Of a stretch of 24,114 nt of DNA, positions 1 to 7,254 are shown one piece after another. Every line of letters begins with the position of its first letter. Position 1 is the stretch's first letter. This DNA comes from Pseudomonadota bacterium. GTDB lineage: Bacteria > Bdellovibrionota > UBA1018 > CAIMNF01. The notes under the pieces were generated by a model that was not told the DNA's origin, made no database searches, and worked only from the letters and a program-made list of their open reading frames with translations. A program made the position numbers and the translations under genes. The stretch is from contig JAIXVT010000030.1 of assembly GCA_027482725.1 (NCBI GenBank), forward strand, positions 1-24,114. Reading direction: 5' to 3'.

Positions 1-2
1 CC

Positions 3-476
3 GGAGCGGTGCTCGCATTGTTTCATGATGTTATTTTAGTTGTCGGGGTGTTTATTGTTTCCGGAAAAGAGTTTGATCTTACGGTTCTTGCCGCAATTCT
101 TGCGCTGATCGGATACTCCAATAACGATACGATTATTGTTTTTGACCGTGTTCGAGAAGTGATGAAAGCGAACCCCTCTGTCGCTATCGAGTCGATAGTG
201 AATCAATCGATCAATCAAACCTTGGGTCGAACCCTGATGACCTCGTTATCTACATTTGTGAGCGTTGCAGCGCTTTGGTTGTTTGGAGGTAAGGTGCTTG
301 AGCCTTTTGCCTTTGCGTTGATGGTCGGAATTGTTGTGGGCACCTATTCCTCAATATTTATTGCATCGTCTTTAGTGGTGGCGTTAACTCACTATCAAAA
401 TAAAAAAGATGCTTCGGGCCGAGGTAAAAAGCGGCGTGAAGTCAAGCTTGCTCCAGAAGCCAGCATTGGCATGTAG
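3..476 (+). CDS. secF: Protein translocase subunit SecF, 5'-truncated by the window edge
   Basis: Translation GAVLALFHDV..., LIGYSNNDTIIVFDRVRE, NQTLGRTLMTSLST and GTYSSIFIA match SecF C-terminal TM motifs. The frame is open from position 3. Confidence 0.95.
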   Translation, partial: GAVLALFHDVILVVGVFIVSGKEFDLTVLAAILALIGYSNNDTIIVFDRVREVMKANPSVAIESIVNQSINQTLGRTLMTSLSTFVSVAALWLFGGKVLEPFAFALMVGIVVGTYSSIFIASSLVVALTHYQNKKDASGRGKKRREVKLAPEASIGM

Positions 477-494
477 TCCGTTTTGTGGATTTGA

Positions 495-2300
495 GTGACA
501 AACGTTAATCTTCCCGAGCATTTTGAGTTGAAGAACAGCGATCCCGAGCGTAGCGCTGGTGGAAACGCGGAGTTGGTAACGTTTATCCAGCAAAGCCCGA
601 TTGACCCTCTTGCCGCTAAAATCGCTTGGAAGCGTGGGATTCGGGACCAAGTTGCCTTGAATTCCTTTTTGAATCCATTGCTCGCGGGAATGACGTCCCC
701 TCAACTCATTGAAGACATGGACCTTGCGGTCGAGAGAATCTACCGTGCGATCGAAGGCAATGAGCCTCTGATGGTTTTTTCGGATTACGATGTCGATGGA
801 ACCACGGGGGGCGCTCTACTCCGGCGTTTTTTTCGGGATATCGGGGTGGACACCCAATCACGGCAACCGGATCGATTTCACGAAGGGTACGGTTTAAATC
901 TGAACGCGGTACAAGAGGCGTTAGCGGCTGGGGTCAGGGTTTTGATCACGGTCGACTGTGGGATTACCTCGTTTGCTCCGATCGAAGCCGCACGAGATGC
1001 GGGAATCGATGTCATCATTGTCGATCACCACCAAGTGGATCCTGTGCGGGGAATGCCCCCGGCGCTTGCGATATTGAATCCCCAAAAATCAACCGACACG
1101 AGCGGACTAAAATACCTTTGTGGGTGTGGATTAGCGTTTTACTTTGCGACGGCCATTCGAAAAAAACTGAGGGATTCTGGATATTTTCAAAGAACTTCGG
1201 TGGTGGAGCCTATTCTCCGGGACTACCTCGATGACGTGGTATTGGCAACCGCCGCGGACATGGTGCCACTCGTGGCCGACAACCGAGCACTCGTGTTTCA
1301 CGGGCTCCAAGTTCTCCGTAAAACCAATCGGCCCGGACTCCGCTCCATGATTGAACTTGCAGGACTTAAGCTGGATTCTATTTCTCCAGGGTCACTTGGG
1401 TTTCAGTTGGGGCCCCGAATCAATGCCTCGGGGCGTTTGTCCCATGCGGGTTTGGCCTTGGAGTGCCTAACCACGACCGATGAATCTCGAGGTCGGGAGC
1501 TGGCCCGACACATTGAAGACTTGAATCAAGAACGCATGAGAATTCAGAACCAAATCTGGGACGAAATTCGTAGCTCTCTTTTGACCGAGAGTGGGCCCGA
1601 GAGTGGGTTAGATCGATTTCCTCACGGGATTGTGGTGGCCGATTCCTCTTGGCACGAAGGGGTTGTTGGGATCGTGGCCTCTCGGATCGTCGACTTTTTT
1701 AAAAAACCGGCATGTGTTTTGTTTATCCGGGAAGACGGAACAGCAAAAGGAAGTGTGCGCAGTGCCCGTGGTTTAAACGTATTAGATGCGCTCCGGTCAT
1801 GCGAGGATTTTTTGCTTACCTATGGAGGCCATCATTACGCCGCGGGGCTTTCATTGAAGCAGGAAAATCTGGACGCGTTTTGTGTACGCTGGAATGAAGC
1901 CTTAGGTGTGCAATCCCAGCACTTGCCGCTACAAAAGAAAACGATCATTGATCTTGTCGTTCAATTTTCTGAGCTGTCGCTGCGGGCATTTCGAGATATC
2001 GAACGCTTAGCTCCGTTTGGACCCGGCAATCCCGAGCCCCATTTAGCACTTTTGGCAGTACCTTCGTCGCCACAACTCATCAAGTCGCGGCACCTGAAAT
2101 TCACGCTTTCCGACCCGGCGGACTCTTTTAAGAAAATGGATGCCATTTATTTTAACGGGACTGACGATGACCAGATCTTTACAGGAATAGAGCGCGCTGC
2201 AAAAGAGGGGCGCGCATTGTGGTGGGTTGGTGCTGCGGACATCAATCGGTTTTTAGGTCAGCAAAAATCTACATTTCGAATTAAATCCGTATGTATTTAG
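495..2300 (+). CDS. recJ: Single-stranded-DNA-specific exonuclease RecJ
   Basis: DHH-family motifs DYDVDG, ITVDCG, IVDHH, ADMVPL..DNR and PRINASGRL, plus DHHA1 motifs GSVRS and GGHHYAAG. GTG start. Confidence 0.96.
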   Translation: MTNVNLPEHFELKNSDPERSAGGNAELVTFIQQSPIDPLAAKIAWKRGIRDQVALNSFLNPLLAGMTSPQLIEDMDLAVERIYRAIEGNEPLMVFSDYDVDGTTGGALLRRFFRDIGVDTQSRQPDRFHEGYGLNLNAVQEALAAGVRVLITVDCGITSFAPIEAARDAGIDVIIVDHHQVDPVRGMPPALAILNPQKSTDTSGLKYLCGCGLAFYFATAIRKKLRDSGYFQRTSVVEPILRDYLDDVVLATAADMVPLVADNRALVFHGLQVLRKTNRPGLRSMIELAGLKLDSISPGSLGFQLGPRINASGRLSHAGLALECLTTTDESRGRELARHIEDLNQERMRIQNQIWDEIRSSLLTESGPESGLDRFPHGIVVADSSWHEGVVGIVASRIVDFFKKPACVLFIREDGTAKGSVRSARGLNVLDALRSCEDFLLTYGGHHYAAGLSLKQENLDAFCVRWNEALGVQSQHLPLQKKTIIDLVVQFSELSLRAFRDIERLAPFGPGNPEPHLALLAVPSSPQLIKSRHLKFTLSDPADSFKKMDAIYFNGTDDDQIFTGIERAAKEGRALWWVGAADINRFLGQQKSTFRIKSVCI

Positions 2301-2349
2301 GTGATTAAATTCTAGCCTATTCCGAGATCTGATTTTAGTCTTATCTCCT

Positions 2350-2832
2350 ATGATACTCCCTCTTCTCTTTGCAGTGCTTTTGTCATTGGCGCCATTCACC
2401 CAGACCCAAGCTCAGGCCGTTGCGCCCGTAACAGCAAGCCCTGCGCAAGCCGTTCTCCCGCAAAGTCTTTCTGATTTTGAAAAGCTGGCTAAGGCTAAAA
2501 TGAACGCGATCGTGGATCGAGAAAAGAAAGCCAAACAAGAGATTAAAAAGAAACAACAAGCAGACAAAAAATCTTGGGATGAGGGTGAAAAATCCAGAAG
2601 ACAACAGTTCTTTAAAGACAATTTGAGTGGACCGGATCGCCGTGCTTATGTTCAAGAATACAAAGCCCGTCAGGAGCGATTTGAAATCATGCAGGATGCC
2701 GAGAAAACGGCAACTCGTGAGTACTATGCCGAAGAAAAGTCTGAATTAAAGAAGAAGATCGAAGAAAAAAGGAAGTTAATTAAAAAAGCAATTCAGACCA
2801 AGTCGCCAATTACATCAGACATAGTGCCGTAG
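2350..2832 (+). CDS. Secreted hypothetical protein, highly charged and predicted helical/coiled-coil
   Basis: Hydrophobic N-terminal signal peptide (MILPLLFAVLLSLAPFTQTQA), then a K/E/Q-rich helical body. No family motif recognised. Confidence 0.75.
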   Translation: MILPLLFAVLLSLAPFTQTQAQAVAPVTASPAQAVLPQSLSDFEKLAKAKMNAIVDREKKAKQEIKKKQQADKKSWDEGEKSRRQQFFKDNLSGPDRRAYVQEYKARQERFEIMQDAEKTATREYYAEEKSELKKKIEEKRKLIKKAIQTKSPITSDIVP

Positions 2833-2833
2833 C

Positions 2834-3484
2834 TTAAAAGCCCCGACCTGTTCCCCATAAAATCTTGTGGAGTTGGTATTGAAAGCGAACAGGAGCTCGG
2901 CTTGCGACGATCCAATCTGCAAGGTGTGTCGGATTGACTTGGGGTACACTCGGCGAAAAATAAATGGGATTTTTGATTCCGGATGTTGTGAATTCTTGAA
3001 CTTGTTGGATTGCCCATTCAAAATCCGCATGGTCCGTAATGACAAATTTAATCTCATCCTGCGGTCGCAGGTGGGTTAAGTTTTCCTTGTATTTCCCGCG
3101 ACACATTCCCGATCCCGGAGTTTTTACATCCATAACCACGCGGCACTCTGGGGGCAACCCCTGGATAGAGATTTCTCCATGGGTTTCAATGCTCACGTGG
3201 AACCCCTCGTGGATTAATCGATCAATGAGAGGACGGGCCTGACGCTGGAGTAGGGGCTCGCCCCCCGTGACTAAAACATATTTTGTGGGCTGGGTCTTTG
3301 CTTCTAGAACAAGCTCATCAATGCTTCGACGTGACCCGCCTTTAAAGCTGTAGGTCGTATCGCAGTAAGTGCAACGCAAGTTACAACCCGTTAGACGAAT
3401 GAAAAAATAGGGTATCCCGACGTGGCTGGTTTCGCCTTGAAGGGAATAAAATGTTTCGGTGACCAATACGTCGTGAAATGCCAT
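2834..3484 (-). CDS. queE: 7-carboxy-7-deazaguanine synthase (radical SAM)
   Basis: ETFYSLQGE N-terminus, FIRLTGCNLRCTYCDT (CxxxCxxC), VTGGEPLLQ, D.KTPGSG and C-terminal QYQLHKILWG. Confidence 0.93.
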   Translation of the reverse strand: MAFHDVLVTETFYSLQGETSHVGIPYFFIRLTGCNLRCTYCDTTYSFKGGSRRSIDELVLEAKTQPTKYVLVTGGEPLLQRQARPLIDRLIHEGFHVSIETHGEISIQGLPPECRVVMDVKTPGSGMCRGKYKENLTHLRPQDEIKFVITDHADFEWAIQQVQEFTTSGIKNPIYFSPSVPQVNPTHLADWIVASRAPVRFQYQLHKILWGTGRGF

Positions 3485-3513
3485 GACTCTCTGAGTCTAA
3501 AGGGGTAACCGTG

Positions 3514-3542
3514 GTTCTACAACCGAGCTGAGTCTCAATCAA
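3514..3542 (-). promoter_or_regulatory. Possible weak sigma70-type promoter for queE (TTGATT-N17-TAGAAC)
   Basis: Minus-strand -35 at 3542-3537, 17-nt spacer, -10 at 3519-3514. The -7 position is C rather than the conserved T. Confidence 0.3.
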
Positions 3543-3582
3543 AAAAATAAAACTTCCCCTCGGTTTTTCAACCGAGGGGAAG
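3541..3582 (-). terminator. Intrinsic terminator downstream of the c-di-GMP riboswitch and upstream of queE
   Basis: Minus strand reads CTTCCCCTCGGTT-GAAA-AACCGAGGGGAAG-TTTTATTTTTTT: a perfect 13-bp stem, GNRA loop and long U tract. Confidence 0.92.
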
Positions 3583-3657
3583 AGGAATTGAAGAGGAGGT
3601 CCCTTTGGCTTGGGTTGGTTAGGGGGACCCCCTTTGAAGATTTGGAAGGCTCTTCCT

Positions 3658-3754
3658 CCTTTGGCAGACCAGCCAGCATCTCGGTCATAAATGACCGGGG
3701 AAGCTCTGTGACTTTGCGTGCCGGACTTTCGTCTCGGGTTGCCTTTTTCAAAGG
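3658..3754 (-). ncRNA. c-di-GMP-I (GEMM) riboswitch aptamer
   Basis: Minus strand reads CCTTTG-AAAAA-GGCAAC-CCGAGAC-GAAA-GTCCGG-CACGC-AAAGTCACAGAGC...GCTGGCTGGTCTGC-CAAAGG. It has a 6-bp P1 (CCTTTG/CAAAGG), a GAAA-capped arm and the ACGCAAAG core. Positions equivalent to Vibrio Vc2 G20 (3743), C44 (3718), A47 (3715), G83 (3673) and C92 (3664) are all present at the expected spacing. Confidence 0.9.
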
Positions 3755-3783
3755 GGGGTACGGTGACACCCTCTTCATAACTA

Positions 3784-3792
3784 AGAATATCA
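3784..3792 (-). promoter_or_regulatory. Extended -10 promoter element (TGaTATTCT) for the riboswitch-containing RNA
   Basis: Minus-strand TG-n-TATTCT about 30 nt upstream of aptamer P1. It implies a TSS near 3779-3776. Confidence 0.45.
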
Positions 3793-3857
3793 ACCCCTGG
3801 AAATGAACGAAATGTGTCTGCTCGGACTGGGTAAAATAAGGCAATATAGAACCCATC

Positions 3858-4976
3858 ATGTTGAACAGAGCTTGGACTATAGCTTTACTGATTATGCCCC
3901 TTTGGGGGGGCGTCTCATGGGTCAGTGAGGCTGAACCCCTAAGCGTTAAACTGAAAGAATTGAATAAAGCATTACCCAAGACTAACGCTCGTCAAGTCGT
4001 GATTTATCCACCTGCCGGTAATCTCAAGATCACGGGTTGGGCGCAAGAATCTGTGCAAATCAACAGTACTTTGGTTTACCCGCAGTCGAGCACAGAAAGC
4101 CCGGAGGTCGGATTATCGGTGCTTGAGCTTCCCGAAGCGGTGGAGATGCGTTGGGTTTTGCAACAAGGTATTGATCTGCTTTCAAAGATAAAACTGAAGC
4201 CCGAGATCGGTTCTGCTCACAACACGATAGAGATAAAAATGCCTTCCCATAAATCGTGCGTTGTTTACGGGGGGAGCCTATCTGGAAATGTTGTGATCGA
4301 GCGGCTCCATGCAGGAGTCGAAATCTTGGGAACGAAAAAATCAGTCCGCTTGTACCAGGTAAAATCTTCGCATACTGCCCGTGTGGTGACTCAAGACGGA
4401 AGCATTCAGGTGTTTTCATCTGAAACTCCGTTACATGCAGAAACAAAAAACGGAGGGATTGATCTTACTGATGTTAAATGTAAGGAGTGTACGCTCATTG
4501 CGCCGCAGGGAAAAATTGTCGCCGTTCATATCGATGGCACAGTCCGGATTTCAACACAGGTTTCTGATGTTGCCATTAGTAAAATGCGGGGTAGCCTTGA
4601 GGTGACCGCCGAGTCCGGTAAAGTGGGTGTTGTTGATTTGGATGGAGGATTCCAATTGGAAACCCAGCGAGCTTCGCTTGATCTTGCGTTGGTCAATGTG
4701 ACTCAAGATAGTTTTATCAAGGCCGATCATACGCAGGTTTCCCTCAAGCTCCCCACCCGTTTTTCAGGTCTGATTGATCTAGTGGGTACGATTAAACCGC
4801 CTGTCGTTTTGTTTCCTCACAAACGGATCGAATCTCGCCAAGGAACCGTGTACGGCCCAACCCCACCTGGAGATCGATTTATCGCAATCGGCGCAAAAGA
4901 AACTCCGCTGATTCGCATCATTCATCGGGGGGAAGTAACCCGTATTGACCGGAATACCGCAGAGGGCGGGTTATGA
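3858..4976 (+). CDS. Secreted DUF4097/adhesin-like beta-strand-repeat protein
   Basis: Signal peptide, an N-terminal 'GNLKITGWAQESVQI' segment, and repeated short beta motifs (T..G.I.., S..G.V.., L.T..G.I) typical of DUF4097-type beta-solenoids. Confidence 0.55.
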   Translation: MLNRAWTIALLIMPLWGGVSWVSEAEPLSVKLKELNKALPKTNARQVVIYPPAGNLKITGWAQESVQINSTLVYPQSSTESPEVGLSVLELPEAVEMRWVLQQGIDLLSKIKLKPEIGSAHNTIEIKMPSHKSCVVYGGSLSGNVVIERLHAGVEILGTKKSVRLYQVKSSHTARVVTQDGSIQVFSSETPLHAETKNGGIDLTDVKCKECTLIAPQGKIVAVHIDGTVRISTQVSDVAISKMRGSLEVTAESGKVGVVDLDGGFQLETQRASLDLALVNVTQDSFIKADHTQVSLKLPTRFSGLIDLVGTIKPPVVLFPHKRIESRQGTVYGPTPPGDRFIAIGAKETPLIRIIHRGEVTRIDRNTAEGGL

Positions 4977-5974
4977 GTAAGGGGAAGGTCCTCCTGATCA
5001 GGTTATCGAGTTTTGGAGATATTGTTTTGACCACAGCTGCCATAGAGACCTGTGTTCAAGCAGGATATGATGTGGAATTTGTCACCACCACAGATTTTTC
5101 GTTTGTGCTTCAGGGAGACCCTAGAATAAAAAAACTTTGGTTGTTTGAAAAAAAACAGGGATTAAAAAAGTGGATTTCTCTTGGGAGGCAAATTTTTTCG
5201 TCCGGTGGATATTCCGCTGTTTTTGATCTTCACCGAAATATCCGAACATGGGTATGGAAATCCCTATTCAGAAATCAGTCTTGGAAAAGTATTTCGAAAG
5301 AAAGGCTAAGAACGGGTTTGCTCCTTTTGATGAGGAACAAGCTCCCCACGTCTTGGCGCCCCACGCCTTATCATCAAAGGTTTTCTCACGTTTGTGCCAA
5401 GGCACTTGGCGCACGGCCAGCCCATCCTCATCTGATCAGTGCGGCTGGACATAAATCGAATTTTTATGCCGTGATGCCGTCGTCCAAGTGGCCAACTAAA
5501 GAGTGGGGATATCAGCATTTTTTTGATCTGATTCGTCTGATTCATCACGCTTCTCCTGATCTCGTCCCCTTGATTCTGGGGCGTGGGCCGGACGCTTCGT
5601 CGGTAAAGCTTTATGAACTCCTCCGATCTTCGGGTATTCCTTTTCTAAGTTTGATTGATGAGCCTGATTTTTCGATTCAGAAACGTAAAATTCAAAGTTG
5701 TCGCTTTTTCGTTGGGGTTGACACTGGGTTTGCGCATGTCGCAGAAGCACTAGGTGTTCCTGCGTTTATCGTGTTTGGTCCGACTCAACCCGAGATCGGA
5801 TTTGGCCCATGGAAGACAGAATCTAAGGCAATGAGCTTGAATTTAAGTTGTAGTCCTTGCAGCAAGTCGGGAAGTAAATGCTATCGCTGGTTTGACCGCT
5901 TTGCTTGCATGAAAGATTTAGACCCAAAAACTCTCGTTTCTGAAATTCTGTCGTCACAAGGAAACCCCCGATGA
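4973..5974 (+). CDS. Glycosyltransferase family 9 (ADP-heptose:LPS heptosyltransferase, WaaF/RfaF-like)
   Basis: KVLLIRLSSFGDIV, K.WPTKEW, FVGVDTGFAHVAEALGVPAFIVFGPT and a C-terminal CSPC...C...C segment. Confidence 0.9.
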   Translation: MSKGKVLLIRLSSFGDIVLTTAAIETCVQAGYDVEFVTTTDFSFVLQGDPRIKKLWLFEKKQGLKKWISLGRQIFSSGGYSAVFDLHRNIRTWVWKSLFRNQSWKSISKERLRTGLLLLMRNKLPTSWRPTPYHQRFSHVCAKALGARPAHPHLISAAGHKSNFYAVMPSSKWPTKEWGYQHFFDLIRLIHHASPDLVPLILGRGPDASSVKLYELLRSSGIPFLSLIDEPDFSIQKRKIQSCRFFVGVDTGFAHVAEALGVPAFIVFGPTQPEIGFGPWKTESKAMSLNLSCSPCSKSGSKCYRWFDRFACMKDLDPKTLVSEILSSQGNPR

Positions 5975-7254
5975 TTTTACACCGGTTGTATCTTGTTTTT
6001 TTTGGGGTGCTGGTAAAGTCGAGAAATTTGTTCTCAGGACGGTTCAGAACCCGCTTAGACCTTTGGGGGAACTGGGATTTGGGGGCAAGTCCTGAGCGCA
6101 CCTGTCCCATCCTCTTTCATGCCGCAAGTGTGGGTGAGCTTGAAAAACTTATCCCTATCATGGATCAGATTTGCGAACAGGCCAAAGAACTCCATTTTGG
6201 CATCACGCTCTTTTCTCCTTCTCTGATGTCGGTGTATCAAAAGGGAAACCGGCCTTTTGGTGCGCAGTGTTTATGGGTTGTTTTTAGCCCTCCTGAAAAT
6301 CGTTGGTTAGAGTTTTTTCAGCGGCATCAGGTTAAAAAAATTGTGATTGCTCAATACGAAGCCTGGCCCGGACTTTGGTTGGCCGCGCAAAAGCTTGGAA
6401 TTGAAGTGCTCGTAGTCGACGCTCGTCCGAGAAAATCTCTCCGCCTGATTAAGCGTTGGTTTATGTGGAACAGGTTTCAACTTCCACGCCTGCATTTTTT
6501 TGGTCAAGACTCGTTTAAAGAGTATTTTTTGCAATTTTTTCCCGGGAGTAAATTTTCCCCTCTGATCGATCCGCGTTGGATACGCGTACAGAATCGCATT
6601 CAAAATTCTCAGAGGGGAGAAAAGCGTCCGCGGCTTATAGAAGTGTTGAGGGATTATTTCTCTATCGATGTCCCCAACACCCTCTTGATCGCGAGCGCCT
6701 ATGTCGAGGATCTCCGGTTTCTGTCCCCAGTGCTGGGCTCTTTTGATCGAATTGTCATCGTTCCGCACGAAATTACCCCTGCTTATCTCAAGGCATTTTC
6801 AGAGACGCTGACTCAGTTTTTTGGAAAAAATTGGACCTCTACCTTGGATCCTCGGGGAGCCAGTTCGTCATGCCGGGTTGTCTTTGTTCCTGAAAAGGGA
6901 TTTCTTGTAGAGCTGTTTTCCATTGCACGCATTGTTTGGGTGGGTGGTGGATTCAATAAAGGGGTTCACTCGGTAATAGAGCCCGCTTTGTTTCCCGTTT
7001 TTATTGGGGCGGGACCAAAGAATTCCAATCTTCCGGAGGTGTCTCTCTTGTCGGACATGGGTAGGCTAAAAATTTGTCATCGGCAGGTCGATCTTGAGGC
7101 CTGGATTAAGGATCTTCGCCTCAAGGAGGACAGATCTCATGAACTTAAAAATTCGCAAATAGAGCTTGAAAAACGTTTTTGCTCGGAAAATCTTCGATGG
7201 GTCATCGGCGCTGTAAAAGCGGATCTCATCCAAAAGGATATCAGTTATGAGTGA
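5971..7254 (+). CDS. waaA: 3-deoxy-D-manno-octulosonic acid (Kdo) transferase, divergent
   Basis: FHAASVGE motif, YEAWPG (equivalent to ELWPN/EFWPN) and VGGGF..GVHSVIEPA. Adjacent to a GT9 gene with ATGA overlap. Confidence 0.82.
   Translation: MILHRLYLVFFGVLVKSRNLFSGRFRTRLDLWGNWDLGASPERTCPILFHAASVGELEKLIPIMDQICEQAKELHFGITLFSPSLMSVYQKGNRPFGAQCLWVVFSPPENRWLEFFQRHQVKKIVIAQYEAWPGLWLAAQKLGIEVLVVDARPRKSLRLIKRWFMWNRFQLPRLHFFGQDSFKEYFLQFFPGSKFSPLIDPRWIRVQNRIQNSQRGEKRPRLIEVLRDYFSIDVPNTLLIASAYVEDLRFLSPVLGSFDRIVIVPHEITPAYLKAFSETLTQFFGKNWTSTLDPRGASSSCRVVFVPEKGFLVELFSIARIVWVGGGFNKGVHSVIEPALFPVFIGAGPKNSNLPEVSLLSDMGRLKICHRQVDLEAWIKDLRLKEDRSHELKNSQIELEKRFCSENLRWVIGAVKADLIQKDISYE

Noticed and set aside
3718-3735. 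GAAAGTCCGG on the minus strand resembling the RNase P RNA core (GAGGAAAGUCC)
   Set aside because: The context is GACGAAAGTCC, the other RNase P conserved regions are absent, and the segment is the GAAA-capped arm of the GEMM aptamer.
3743-3743. Possibility that the aptamer is a 3',3'-cGAMP (GEMM-Ib) variant
   Set aside because: The position-20 equivalent is G, not A. c-di-GMP is the default prediction, though this is untested.
3539-3979. ORFs 3539..3979(-) and 3588..3806(+) across the queE-DUF4097 intergenic region
   Set aside because: They have no protein motifs, and the sequence is fully explained by the riboswitch, hairpins and terminator. The minus-strand ORF also overlaps the start of 3858.
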